Numbered from the stretch's first letter, positions 1-10,472 are shown. The stretch is 32,000 nucleotides of DNA from Synechocystis sp. PCC 6803 substr. PCC-P (GCF_000284455.1 NC_017039.1:1200001-1232000); one strand, 5' to 3'. The notes: generated by a model from the sequence alone, not told the origin. Made by a program: numbers and translations.

Positions 1-52
1 CCCGCGCCAACCAGAACCATTATCTAAATTTCACGGCCAGCAGTCTATTAGG

Positions 53-2086
53 TTGCAAAGTTTTCCTGAGCTCTGTTTAAGTTTACCTGAAGGCAGTCAT
101 TATTTGACTGCAAGAATGAATTTATATGAACATTTTGGTCATGATCAGGTGTTTAAAGCTTGCATTGATTACCTAGAAAAAGCCCTAGAAAAATTGGGAA
201 TACTAGATAGCGATATTCCAGCTAGGTTATTACTAGTTTTTCCGGATCACACCCGCACCGCCATTGCGGTTCGCCTACTGTTAGACGCTATTTTTTACTT
301 CCAGGAAACCTATAAGCATTTACAATTCAGCATCCTTTTTGGTTTAGGTACCCATCCCCCTATGACACATAAAAGTGTGAGTGAATATTTGGGGGGGGAG
401 CGTTATCAAAAATTGATTAATCTGGGAATTACTATTCGTCAACAGACCACAATTGCCCCCCTGGAACCCCAAGTAAAAATTAAGGTGCAAGATCGATTAA
501 AAATTGATGAAGTTTCCAATTACAGTTTTGCAAATTTGAATAGAAACACTGCCCAGTTACAAGAAGTGATCGCCGATTTAAATACGGTTAATTTATCTGA
601 TTTAGATGAAAATTTATTGATAAAAAACCAATTTGATTTTCCTAATCAAACCAATGAGTTAAATCAAAAACCTCAAATAAAAACAACAAAACTATCCGAT
701 AATTTCAATCCGTCTCAAGAATATTTTCTTTCTTTGCCTGGGGAATTGTGGCAACATCACCTTACTATTGTAGCAGGAGACACAGAGATACATCCCTACG
801 AAAGAAGGGGCGGAAGTGGCGGCTTGAATAAAATGTTAGTGGTAGGTTTGGCCAATATTCAGGCCATTCGTCGTAGTCATAGCACCAAAGTTTTACTAAG
901 TTCGCCAATCAGTCTAGACCTAACACAAAATGCCTTTGTTCATACCTTGGATTATTTAGTAGAGTGCTTTAATCAATCTCTATTAACTCGTACTCCTTGC
1001 CTTGCTCGCACCTATCCCCTCGGCTTTTCCGTTGTTTCCTTGGAAAATCAGCATGTTAATGGTTTTTGGTTCGGCCAAAAGGATCAAGACCGACAAGCTC
1101 TGACGGCGATCGCCAAAGAAAGTCGCACTGTTCATTTACCAGAAAAAATTCATATTCTAGTGGTGGATACAGATATCAAAAAAGGCACTGATATTTTAGC
1201 TGGCGCTAGAGCTTTACAATACGTATGCGAGTGGGATAGTCAAGAAAATTGTCTGCTAGCCGATACTCCTCGTCAAAGAGTTGCCCTCCTATTTAACCCT
1301 TGTCTGGAACAACAAAACCATGGTGGTATTGGTAACCAAGGGACTAAAAAGCAATTAGATGTCTTGCAAAAAATAGTGCACAGCAAAATAAAATTATTTA
1401 GTAGTCAGTTACAAATGTGTGAAAATTTCGATGATGTAATTGGTATTATCAAAACTTACCGTCGACAAGTTTTAACTGCTTGGTATCACCATTTACAACT
1501 CATTAGTGAATTTGATGATTTTCTTGTAATGATCAGAAATGTAGTGTTGATTATCCAAGAGTTGCCTAACTCATCTAAACACCAAATTAATACTAGGGAA
1601 TTTCTGCAAGCAACCTTAGCCAATTATGCCAATGAATACAGTGAAGAGGCAAAATCTATTCAAGAATTACTTGATATTTATCTCACCCACGAAAATTTAG
1701 GAGCAGTGATTACTAAAATAGATCAACTCCAGCAATATTATCAATTATCTGAAGGTTTGGGAGAAGGTGGGCAAAGAGTTTTACGTTGTTTAAAATTACT
1801 GCATAAATTTGAAACTTTTTTGCTAGCCACGGACAATCAAACCGTACTAGATTATTTGGCTAAACTAGATCCCGATTTGAACAACTATCTTCCTCCAGCA
1901 TTAAGGAAAATATTAGATAAACAAAAAATTCATCTAAATTTACTAGGAATTCGGGGCATTAATTTGACTGTTTATTCACCCCAACAATGTTTAGAATTAG
2001 CGATAAATTACGGGCAATATTACAATCACGAATCTCAAGACCTACGTATTGCTTTTCTACAAGAGCCGTTAATTGTTTACCATTAA
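53..2086 (+). CDS. LarA-like (nickel-dependent lactate racemase / DUF2088-related) large protein; start uncertain because the frame stays open to the window edge
   Basis: 677-aa ORF with DHTRTA near the N-terminus, GLGTHPPMTH, and HPYERRGGSGGLNKMLVVGLANIQAIRRSHS, resembling LarA N-domain motifs (D-x-TRP, GTHR, GxSGGxK). The start at 53 is TTG, and the frame has no stop between nt 2 and nt 53. Confidence 0.6.
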   Translation: MQSFPELCLSLPEGSHYLTARMNLYEHFGHDQVFKACIDYLEKALEKLGILDSDIPARLLLVFPDHTRTAIAVRLLLDAIFYFQETYKHLQFSILFGLGTHPPMTHKSVSEYLGGERYQKLINLGITIRQQTTIAPLEPQVKIKVQDRLKIDEVSNYSFANLNRNTAQLQEVIADLNTVNLSDLDENLLIKNQFDFPNQTNELNQKPQIKTTKLSDNFNPSQEYFLSLPGELWQHHLTIVAGDTEIHPYERRGGSGGLNKMLVVGLANIQAIRRSHSTKVLLSSPISLDLTQNAFVHTLDYLVECFNQSLLTRTPCLARTYPLGFSVVSLENQHVNGFWFGQKDQDRQALTAIAKESRTVHLPEKIHILVVDTDIKKGTDILAGARALQYVCEWDSQENCLLADTPRQRVALLFNPCLEQQNHGGIGNQGTKKQLDVLQKIVHSKIKLFSSQLQMCENFDDVIGIIKTYRRQVLTAWYHHLQLISEFDDFLVMIRNVVLIIQELPNSSKHQINTREFLQATLANYANEYSEEAKSIQELLDIYLTHENLGAVITKIDQLQQYYQLSEGLGEGGQRVLRCLKLLHKFETFLLATDNQTVLDYLAKLDPDLNNYLPPALRKILDKQKIHLNLLGIRGINLTVYSPQQCLELAINYGQYYNHESQDLRIAFLQEPLIVYH

Positions 2087-2099
2087 TCATGATTGACCA

Positions 2100-3170
2100 A
2101 TGAATTCATTCTTGATTATTATTTTTCGACTGTATTTGCCTATTAGTGTGGCAATTTTAACTGGTGTTTTATTGAGTTTTTCCCTTGAAAAACTGCAGGG
2201 AAACTTTTCAAAAAACAAGCATCTGTCCCTAGTAGTTCCCAATTACTTGGGTAAGTTTCTCTTTTGGTTTGGAGTTCCCCTAGGGGTAATTAACTTTGTT
2301 CATAAAGCGAATTTATCCGGAGGAATTTGGCTCTCCCCCATCGTAGCTTGGGGCGCGGTTGTACTGGGGATTTTTCTAAGCTGGCTCTGGGTCCAAACCC
2401 TTTTTCCCAAACCATCCCTTGCTTTCCAAACTAGTTTTACTTTAGTTAGTACAGTGGGCAATACTAGTTACATCGGCTTTCCAATTATTCTATTGCTTCC
2501 CCAACTGGGGCCAGACTATTTTGGTTGGGCAATTTTGTATGATCTTTTAGGAACTTTTTTAGCCGCCTATGGCTTAGGCTCAATTTTAGCCAGTCGTAGT
2601 TTACTTACTAATCCCAACAAAATAATCAGCTTTGGTCTCGATTCACCAGTATTTCCTATTAATCAAAAGACTATTACTGACCATATTAAGTCGTCTATAT
2701 TAAAAATTTTTCAATGGCTAAAAAACAACTTAGTTATCTTAGTTAAAAATCCTACTTTAATTGCTTTTATCATTGGTTTGATTTTGCGTCCTATAGTCTT
2801 TCCTCCCTGGTTAGATATTTCTTTAGGGTGGTTTGCTTGGTCGATAATCATGCTTTCCCTAATATTGATGGGCATGCGGCTACAACAACTCGACTCATGG
2901 GGCAACATTAAGATTGCTTTCAGCGCTGTCTCGATTAAAATGCTTTTAGTTCCCCTAGTTATCGCCATGGCCCTAACCACTGCTGGATTGAGTGGCCCGC
3001 CTCGCCTAGTCTTGGTACTACAATCATCCATGCCTTCTGCTTTTGCTAGCCTGATATTAGCAGAGGCCTACGATCTAGACCGAGATTTGGTGGTGACGTG
3101 CTTGGGGCTAAGCTCTTTGATGTTATTTTTCACCCTGCCTTTCTGGCTATGGGGCTTTACCACTTGGTAA
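2100..3170 (+). CDS. AEC-family (auxin efflux carrier-like) permease
   Basis: 356 aa, multiple hydrophobic TM segments, FTLVSTVGNTSYIGFPI and the C-terminal ASLILAEAYDLDRDLV pattern typical of AEC transporters. Confidence 0.75.
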   Translation: MNSFLIIIFRLYLPISVAILTGVLLSFSLEKLQGNFSKNKHLSLVVPNYLGKFLFWFGVPLGVINFVHKANLSGGIWLSPIVAWGAVVLGIFLSWLWVQTLFPKPSLAFQTSFTLVSTVGNTSYIGFPIILLLPQLGPDYFGWAILYDLLGTFLAAYGLGSILASRSLLTNPNKIISFGLDSPVFPINQKTITDHIKSSILKIFQWLKNNLVILVKNPTLIAFIIGLILRPIVFPPWLDISLGWFAWSIIMLSLILMGMRLQQLDSWGNIKIAFSAVSIKMLLVPLVIAMALTTAGLSGPPRLVLVLQSSMPSAFASLILAEAYDLDRDLVVTCLGLSSLMLFFTLPFWLWGFTTW

Positions 3171-3218
3171 ATTTGGTTACACGAAACTCGCCATTAATCA
3201 CTGAATGGAATCAACATT

Positions 3219-4610
3219 TTGCATAAAACTTTACCAAGATTTTTATCTTTTCCCATTACTATTTGTCTGGTAACCTTTGGTTCTTTCTTCTTATTTAGCT
3301 GTAATTCAGGTCAGGTTAACCAAATTTTAACACCTGCTGATGACAATGTGTTAAACATATGGTGGAGTGAAGGTTATTACCCAGAAGAAACGGAAGCGAT
3401 TCAATCTTCCATTGATGCCTGGCAGGCTGAAAGTCAAGCTAATGTTCAGATAATTTTTTTTAGTGAAAAAGATTTAGTGCAACAGCTGGAAAATGCCATC
3501 AAGGCCGGTAATCCACCGGATATTATTTATAGTTATAATCTTGATTTAGTGCTTCTGCCCCGACTAGCATGGGAAGGAAAATTAGCTGATGTTTCTAGTA
3601 TCATTGAGCCGATCAAACAATTTTATGATCCAGAAGCTCTTCAAAGCGTTAATTATTTTAATAATCAAACTCGCCAGCGTTCCTACTATGCTGTCCCCAT
3701 TGCCCAACAAACAACCTATATTCATTATTGGCAAGATTTACTAGCCCAAGCGGAAATTAGCGACGCTCAGCTTCCTACAGAATGGGATAGTTTTTGGCGC
3801 TTCTGGGAAGTAGCTCAAACGAATTTAATTAAGCAGAATATTGATAATATTTACGCCATTGGTTTACCTATGTCTGCAATTGCAACTGATACTTTTATCG
3901 TGTTTGAACAGTTTTTAGAAGCTTATAATGTGCAGCTTTTAGATGATGAGGGCAAACTCCGTTTTGATAATCCCCAAGTCCGCCAAGGCATTATTAATGC
4001 ATTGGAAGCCTATACCAATCCCTATTTGGAAAATTTTGTTCCTCCCAATGCCATCGAATGGGGAGATCCGGACAATAATATTAATTTTTTGAGTAATGGT
4101 ACCTTGATGACTGCCAATGGTTCCCTCTCAATTCCGGGCTCTCAAAAGGGAGACGAAATTAATTATTTTCAAAGAATGAGGACCATCCCTTGGCCTAATA
4201 AGCCAGATAACACTCCCATGCGCTATATAACTTCTATTAAGCAAATTGCCATCCTGGCCGAGACTGATCGCCTAGAGGAAGCAAAAAATTTAGTGGCATT
4301 CTTGGTCAAGACAGAAAATTTGGAAGCATATTTAGAAGGAGCCCAGGGACGATTTTTGCCGGTTATGCCGGCGATCGCCGCCAATGAATTTTGGTCTAAT
4401 GGAAAGGATCCCCACATTGCGGTAGCCATTACCCAATTTGACAATACCCGTAGTTCCTATGTCTTACTTAACCCGGCCTATAGTGAAGTTCTGGCCCAAA
4501 ATGTCTGGGGAGAAGTTATTCACGCCATTGCCACCAATCAAATCACGCCTGAAAAAGGAGCCGATCAAGCCATAAAAAAAATAACTGATATTTTTAGTCA
4601 ATGGAAATAA
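3219..4610 (+). CDS. ABC transporter extracellular solute-binding protein (family 1 / sugar-type lipoprotein)
   Basis: Signal peptide with lipobox-like LFSCNSG, 'NIWWSEGYYPEE', 'NPPDIIYSYNLDLVLLPRLAWEGKLADVS', typical of type 1 extracellular solute-binding proteins. Confidence 0.8.
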   Translation: MHKTLPRFLSFPITICLVTFGSFFLFSCNSGQVNQILTPADDNVLNIWWSEGYYPEETEAIQSSIDAWQAESQANVQIIFFSEKDLVQQLENAIKAGNPPDIIYSYNLDLVLLPRLAWEGKLADVSSIIEPIKQFYDPEALQSVNYFNNQTRQRSYYAVPIAQQTTYIHYWQDLLAQAEISDAQLPTEWDSFWRFWEVAQTNLIKQNIDNIYAIGLPMSAIATDTFIVFEQFLEAYNVQLLDDEGKLRFDNPQVRQGIINALEAYTNPYLENFVPPNAIEWGDPDNNINFLSNGTLMTANGSLSIPGSQKGDEINYFQRMRTIPWPNKPDNTPMRYITSIKQIAILAETDRLEEAKNLVAFLVKTENLEAYLEGAQGRFLPVMPAIAANEFWSNGKDPHIAVAITQFDNTRSSYVLLNPAYSEVLAQNVWGEVIHAIATNQITPEKGADQAIKKITDIFSQWK

Positions 4611-4617
4611 TTTATTT

Positions 4618-5619
4618 ATGCAAAGCTGGCGACACAGGTTCCTGAGTTATGTGCTTTTAGCCTGTTTATCCTGCACTAGTTTTACTGCCTTTATTATCTA
4701 CGTTAATCTACGCCAAGCTGTAATTCAACCCACGTTTGAATTTTTGACAGAGATGACAGAGGTAAAAATTGAGCAATCAAATCATTGGTTTAGTCAATTA
4801 AAAACTGATTTTAAGGCAGACTTAACAGACACCCAAGTCAAAAAAAATGCCAGTATTTTGTTGACTCAAAGACTTAATACTAACCCTGAGTATCAGCAAG
4901 CCTACCACTATTTACACAAACATTTTAATCAAAAATATCAACAACGCCTAGCCACTTCATTAATCACCAATAGTGGCATGGTGATCTTTTCCACTGACCC
5001 CAATCAGGAGGGTCAATATCGTCCTCTACAAAATACTACAACCTATTTTAAGCTGGAAAATATCAATAATTTTACACCAAATTTTTATCAGTCTGCCACC
5101 AATCAACTACCGATGATAACCCTAGCAACTCCTTTGTTTGATCAATCAGAAAAAAGAATTGGGGTGCTGACCATAGATTTAAACTTGTCTGATCTTGACC
5201 AATGGATTCGTCAACCCGTGGCCCAGGAGGAAAATACAGAGCAATTAATGGGGGAGGTGGAAAGTTACCTAGTAGGAGGATTATCTTTAACCACCAACAC
5301 TTTTGTGAGCCAGAATATTCATCGAGGAGAAAATAAAATCAATACCACCGAAGATGTCATTTCAATCCCCACCCTAAAAAGTAATGGCATTAATAGGGCT
5401 TTGGAGATGGAAAGTGGTCAAGGCATGTATTTAAACTATGAACAAATACCTGTTTTGGGAGTTTATCGTTGGTTGCCTGCCTATCGGTTTGCCTTACTGG
5501 TGGAAGTTCGGCAGGCCAAAGTGTTTAGCTTTGCTCGGTTTCGTGCCGGGCAATTATTTGTTGGTGGTTTGGTATTCACTCTGGCGGCATCCTTTGGTTT
5601 ATTGTTGATTAAAATTTGA
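4618..5619 (+). CDS. Membrane-anchored dCache/PDC-like extracytoplasmic sensor protein with no output domain
   Basis: N-terminal TM (YVLLACLSCTSFTAFIIYV), large extracytoplasmic region with 'PMITLATPLFDQSEKRIGVLTIDLNLSDLDQWI' (Cache-like), C-terminal TM (LFVGGLVFTLAASFGLLLIKI), then an immediate stop. Confidence 0.6.
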   Translation: MQSWRHRFLSYVLLACLSCTSFTAFIIYVNLRQAVIQPTFEFLTEMTEVKIEQSNHWFSQLKTDFKADLTDTQVKKNASILLTQRLNTNPEYQQAYHYLHKHFNQKYQQRLATSLITNSGMVIFSTDPNQEGQYRPLQNTTTYFKLENINNFTPNFYQSATNQLPMITLATPLFDQSEKRIGVLTIDLNLSDLDQWIRQPVAQEENTEQLMGEVESYLVGGLSLTTNTFVSQNIHRGENKINTTEDVISIPTLKSNGINRALEMESGQGMYLNYEQIPVLGVYRWLPAYRFALLVEVRQAKVFSFARFRAGQLFVGGLVFTLAASFGLLLIKI

Positions 5620-5737
5620 TTGCAAATTTCCTCCTCCACAAGATAGATATCCAGGAAAATTGATCGCCACCTTAAGAGTTTTAAACAAATCCTAGACGCA
5701 AGAAATAAGCTTTTTTCTCCGTAGAATCAACGTCGAA

Positions 5738-5783
5738 AGTCCCCCTTTTTAAGCCGGAGCTTTAGTGAGGAGATTTGGGGGGA
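5738..5783. repeat. Degenerate intergenic inverted-repeat element (agtccccc ... ggggggat)
   Basis: Approximately complementary CCCCC/GGGGGG arms in non-coding sequence, resembling small intergenic repeats common in cyanobacteria. Confidence 0.3.
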
Positions 5784-6018
5784 TAAATACCTAGCCTCGC
5801 ACTTTTCAAACACTTTCTAAGACGAGCAGATAATTTTGGGTCTATCCCCGTCCCTTTGACCGGGTAATGATTTCAGCATAGGTAAAATTTTTTAGGCTAA
5901 GTATGGACAATGACTGTTATTTACCTGGAAATTGGAAATTCTGTCATTCCCACGGGAAAGGCCGCCCTAACCCCGTAAAATAAGGGGCAATTAGTTTTCT
6001 CGTATTTTTTCCATTGTT

Positions 6019-7065
6019 GTGAATACCACGGCTTCTTCCCCTTGGCCCCCCTTTCTCCAGCAGTTGTTGGACCGGCAATCCCTCACCCGTCAGCAGGCAG
6101 TGCAGTTAATGGAGGGTTGGCTGGACGACGATATTCCACCGGCCCTTTCCGGAGCGATACTGGCGGCAATCCAAGCTAAGGGGTTAGATCCCGAAGAGTT
6201 GACGGGCATGGCCCAGGTACTCCAGGAACAGTCCCAGGGGAACCAAGGGCGGGAGATGGTGGCCCCGTTGGTAGACACCTGTGGCACTGGGGGGGATGGC
6301 TCTTCAACTTTTAATATTTCCACGGCGGTGGCTTTTGTGGTGGCCGCGGCTGGGGTGAAAGTAGCTAAACATGGTAACCGTTCTGCTTCTAGCAAAGTTG
6401 GCTCTGCTGATGTCCTAGAGGCGTTAGGGCTTAACCTCCAAGCTGGGGCAGACCAGGTGGCGGCAGCGGTGTCGGCAGTGGGCATCACATTCTTGTTTGC
6501 GCCGGGTTGGCATCCGGCCCTCAAAAGTGTGGCTCCCATTCGCAAAACCCTTAAAGTCCGCACTGTATTCAATTTGTTGGGCCCATTGGTTAATCCTCTC
6601 CGTCCCACAGGGCAAGTGATTGGGGTTTATTCACCAGATTTTCTCTCCGTCATGGCGATCGCCTTAAAAAATTTGGGCACTGCCAGGGCCATGGTGCTCC
6701 ACGGTCGGGAGCAATTAGACGAAGCTGGTTTGGGGGCTCCCACGGACATAGCTAGTTTTAACCAGGGAGAAGTGACCCCCCAGGTATTGGATCCCCAGAA
6801 TTTCGGTTTAGCTCCGGCGCCTTTGACGGCCTTAAAGGGAGGGGATTTAGCCGAAAATGTGACCATCCTCAGCCAAGTTTTGCAGGGAAAGGGAACCCAG
6901 GCCCAGATTGATGCAGTAGCACTCAATGCCTCCTTAGCCCTCCAGGTGGGCGATGCGGTGCCCTGGGGTGACCATGGCCAAGGCATTCATTTGGCCAAAG
7001 ACATTTTGAGTCAGGGGGCGGGTTGGGACAAACTACAACAATTGGTAGCATTTCTGGGAAGCTAG
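6019..7065 (+). CDS. trpD: Anthranilate phosphoribosyltransferase
   Basis: 348 aa starting at GTG; hallmark [36 protein letters not shown] and [15 protein letters not shown]. Confidence 0.97.
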   Translation: MNTTASSPWPPFLQQLLDRQSLTRQQAVQLMEGWLDDDIPPALSGAILAAIQAKGLDPEELTGMAQVLQEQSQGNQGREMVAPLVDTCGTGGDGSSTFNISTAVAFVVAAAGVKVAKHGNRSASSKVGSADVLEALGLNLQAGADQVAAAVSAVGITFLFAPGWHPALKSVAPIRKTLKVRTVFNLLGPLVNPLRPTGQVIGVYSPDFLSVMAIALKNLGTARAMVLHGREQLDEAGLGAPTDIASFNQGEVTPQVLDPQNFGLAPAPLTALKGGDLAENVTILSQVLQGKGTQAQIDAVALNASLALQVGDAVPWGDHGQGIHLAKDILSQGAGWDKLQQLVAFLGS

Positions 7066-7091
7066 GTTTAGTTAGTTTTAGTTTGGTTTGG

Positions 7092-7796
7092 CTAACCTTG
7101 TTCCCACAATTGTTGTTGCTGCTGAATCAATTCCACTCCCCGGGAAGTGCCCAAGCGGGTGGCGCCGGCCTCGATTAATGCTATGGCTTGCTCCACTGTG
7201 CGAATCCCTCCGGATGCTTTAATCCCCACCCGTCCTTGACTGATTTGATGTAACAACCGCACATCGGCAACGGTGGCCCCCTTGCCCCAGCCGGTGCTGG
7301 TTTTAAGGTATTGCACCCCTGCATCCAAACAAATTTCCGCTGCTAATCTTTTTTCCGATTCCGTGAGCCGGCCCATTTCCAAAATGGCTTTCACTGTTAG
7401 CCCTGTGGCTTCCACAATGGGGGCAATGTCGTTATAAACGGCTTCCGTATTACCGTCTTTTAATAATCCCAGATTAATTACCACATCCAATTCGGTGGCC
7501 CCCAATTCCGCTGCTTCCTGGGCCTCATAAAGTTTACTGCCGCTGGTGCTAGCTCCGGAGGGAAAACCAATTACCGCACAAATTTCCACTTTTTTCCCCC
7601 TCAACAATTCCACGGCTTGGGATAAAGCGCTGGGATAAACACACACCGCAACAAATTTATGGTGTAGGGCTTGGGCGCAGCAAGTGGCGATCGCCTCACG
7701 GGTGGTGGCGGGGTCTAGGGCAGCGTGGTCAATGTAGGGAGCAAGGTCAAACTGACGGGATTTTTCCATGGGATGAAATGGCAAGGACAGGGGCAA
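7092..7796 (-). CDS. deoC: Deoxyribose-phosphate aldolase
   Basis: IDHAALDP, 'VCVYPSAL', 'VIGFPSG', 'LDVVINLG', 'YLKTSTGWG', '[11 protein letters not shown]'. The true start may be the internal MEKSRQFDL. Confidence 0.95.
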
Positions 7797-7820
7797 TTAC
7801 TCGACTTTTTCCTGGGGATT

Positions 7821-10274
7821 TCAATAAAAATCGCTAGTGGGTACCTCGTCATCGGCGGGAGCAATGGGTAAATTGCTAAAACCCTCTAGCAAGCCGTACA
7901 CAGCCCAGATTGCCATGGCCCGCAGATAATGACTCGCCCGGAAAGTACCCACCGCAGTGATTGCCTCTGGAGTGCGGAACTGTAAACCATTGTTATACAC
8001 CTGATTAACCACCGTCTCTGTCATTTTTAAAGCTTCTTCTTTCATGCCCATTTGGATCAAAAAGGCCGCTAAACCGAAGTTAATCCCCGTCCAAACTTCC
8101 AAGGGATGGGTATCGTTGGGATTTTGGGGGGAACCGTCGGGTAAAAGACCATTGGCGGCTCCCAGTTCACCATGGGCAAATTTGAGGAAACAGGTGTCGT
8201 ACACCTTGGCTAAAGCCTTTTCAGCGTAATGGTGCTCCACCACATCCGGCAGATTCAATAACCGGGCATAAAATTGCCCACACAGTTGATCCGCCATCAC
8301 CACCTTGGAACCGCTTTGACTATCTAGGTTGTAGTATTCCCCATTCCAAAGGGTGTCTTGGTACAAACTACGGGCTTGGGCTAACCAAGTTTCATACCTG
8401 GCGATCGCCGTTTGGATTTCCATAGCATCTAGATCCGTTTGTTGGGGGGGGTTTTCCAGCAGATATTGCCCCATCACCAAAGCCGCCTCTAGGGCCGCAA
8501 TCCATAGCCCACCACAGTAGGCACTAATACCCTGCAAGCGCCAATCGTCAAAGGTTTGATCCGGTGCGCCGGAATTTTCGGGAATACCATCGTTATCAAG
8601 ATCAAATCCTTTCAGATAATCCAACGCCGCCACAATGCTGGGCCAACATTCCCCCAAAAATTCCCCATCCGCATCGGGTAAAAGTAAAAAGTCTCGATAG
8701 ACCAATAAAACAAAGTCACTGCCCAAATCCTTCCAGAGGTTACAGTCCTGGTAAGCAGTGTAATTACTCCTTTCCCAAGGATGCTCGTTGGGAGCCCCCA
8801 GATCGTGGGGAGTGGCATTTTTCACTTTGCGGGGAGCGAGGGAAAGGTTATAGCCAATTACCCGTTCCTTGGGATCTTCCGTGGGAATGGCTCGGGCAAA
8901 CGCCAACATCACCGCCTGCTCCAACTTAGGCCAATGCATCAATAGCCCAAAGGAGCCGTAAAGCCGCACATCTAAGCTTTCATACCAGCGGTAGTCCATG
9001 CATTCACAGACCCCAAACTGCCCGACTGGGTCGTTTTCCGTCGCCGCTGTCCACAGGGTTCCCCCCTGGGTTAACAGGTATAACTCATTAAAGAGGGACA
9101 TTTTGAGCCAATCCGGTAAACGGGGATTTTCCAGAATGGGAGCCTGCCAAGCTTCAATTTTTTTCCGCCAGGTATCGCTATGTTTCAACGCCGTGCGGAT
9201 CATGGACCAAACATTTTTGCCATTGCGGCCGTAGAAATCCGTATAGCGGCGGTAATAGGTCACCCCCTGGGCAAATTCCGTAATGGGCAAATCCCACGCC
9301 AGTAGGAAGGGAATTTTCTTCGTTTTTCCTGGTCGCACAGTGAAGCGTAAACAGATAGCTCCCGCAATTTGTTCCCCCGGTTCCGCCGCCGTTTCATCCT
9401 GGATATCCGGTAGGGAGCCATTGCCCGCAAACCAATCCCACACATCTGCCCCATCCCCACTGGGATTCCAACGGTTATGGTAAAACACTTCTACGCTGGG
9501 ATTACTAACGCTGGCGATGCACATTTGCCCTTCCCCTTCCCGGAGGGCTTCGTGGGGTTGTACCCGATTAAATAAACAACCAACCCGGAAACCATCCTGG
9601 ATCCATTGGTTAAAATTCCCTGTACTGTCGCCCCAGCGGGGTTGGTATTCATACTCTGGGCTACCATCGTCCCGCAATTTGACAGTGGGGGATTTGATGG
9701 CATTGGTGAACCAGCCAACGCTGTTCTGCCAGGTGAGCATAATGCTCAGGGTGATGGGTTTATCGGTGGGATTATGGACAGTCCAATCAAAAACCGCCAG
9801 GGGATAGCTACTTTCCTGGTAGTTGCCGCCCCACACTGGGGAAAACTGTTCACAAATTAATTCACTTTTAAAAACGTCTTTATATTCGTACCAACTGCGG
9901 GGATAGAGGGCGCTGTATTCTCCCTTTTCTTTGGGGTACCATTGCCAACGGTCCAAACTGCCATCTTCAGGGGCTTCCGTTGCCATGGCATAGGCTTTGG
10001 CTTCTTCCCCTGCCACCTGTTCGTAAACACTAAATTGACAAGCAGGCAAATTTTTAAAAATGTGGTTGCCCCCGTCCAAATGCCACAGGTTAAATTTCCC
10101 CGTTGGCGATCGCCCAATGCAACCGGCTCCAAACCCCCCTAGGGGCATACCATGGTCCGGGCCATCGTCAAGGTTACTGGCGTAGCGTACAGTGTAGGGC
10201 TTTTCCCAATCCTTACCAATGGATCGTTGCCAAGCGCAGGCAGGAATTTCAGGTTTCTGGACTAACAGGGACAT
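7821..10274 (-). CDS. GH116 family (non-lysosomal glucosylceramidase / beta-glucosidase-like) protein
   Basis: 817 aa; 'GMPLGGFGAGCIGRSPTGKFNLWHLDGG', 'VCECMDYRWYESLDVRLYGSFGLL', 'NSGAPDQTFDDWRLQGISAYCGGLW' match GH116/GBA2-like signatures. Confidence 0.88.
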   Translation of the reverse strand: MSLLVQKPEIPACAWQRSIGKDWEKPYTVRYASNLDDGPDHGMPLGGFGAGCIGRSPTGKFNLWHLDGGNHIFKNLPACQFSVYEQVAGEEAKAYAMATEAPEDGSLDRWQWYPKEKGEYSALYPRSWYEYKDVFKSELICEQFSPVWGGNYQESSYPLAVFDWTVHNPTDKPITLSIMLTWQNSVGWFTNAIKSPTVKLRDDGSPEYEYQPRWGDSTGNFNQWIQDGFRVGCLFNRVQPHEALREGEGQMCIASVSNPSVEVFYHNRWNPSGDGADVWDWFAGNGSLPDIQDETAAEPGEQIAGAICLRFTVRPGKTKKIPFLLAWDLPITEFAQGVTYYRRYTDFYGRNGKNVWSMIRTALKHSDTWRKKIEAWQAPILENPRLPDWLKMSLFNELYLLTQGGTLWTAATENDPVGQFGVCECMDYRWYESLDVRLYGSFGLLMHWPKLEQAVMLAFARAIPTEDPKERVIGYNLSLAPRKVKNATPHDLGAPNEHPWERSNYTAYQDCNLWKDLGSDFVLLVYRDFLLLPDADGEFLGECWPSIVAALDYLKGFDLDNDGIPENSGAPDQTFDDWRLQGISAYCGGLWIAALEAALVMGQYLLENPPQQTDLDAMEIQTAIARYETWLAQARSLYQDTLWNGEYYNLDSQSGSKVVMADQLCGQFYARLLNLPDVVEHHYAEKALAKVYDTCFLKFAHGELGAANGLLPDGSPQNPNDTHPLEVWTGINFGLAAFLIQMGMKEEALKMTETVVNQVYNNGLQFRTPEAITAVGTFRASHYLRAMAIWAVYGLLEGFSNLPIAPADDEVPTSDFY

Positions 10275-10472
10275 TGGCGGCAGGGGCTGTGGATTGGTTA
10301 GTTAACTGTCTGCATCATGGTAATCGAACCGGGAATATGGGGGAAGGGACAGCGATTAGGATAGACTCAGTTCTTGCCATGGATAGTCGTTCAATCCCTG
10401 TTTTTGTTAGCCCGAGTCAAATAAACCACAGACCTAAACCCTAAAATGGGCTTGTTATCGAGAAATTAAGCT

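Noticed and set aside
5738-5783. C-rich/G-rich inverted arms upstream of trpD considered as a trp attenuator
   Set aside because: No leader peptide with Trp codons and no T-tract adjacent to the stem; it looks more like a degenerate dispersed intergenic repeat.
8564-9860. Multiple plus- and minus-strand ORFs of 61-121 aa within the GH116 region
   Set aside because: They overlap conserved GH116 codons and have low-information composition (Pro/Trp/Gly-rich shadow frames).
10103-10444. 113-aa plus-strand ORF overlapping the 5' end of the GH116 gene
   Set aside because: Mostly antisense to a confidently assigned coding region, no recognisable motif, and the ORF begins in GH116 codons.
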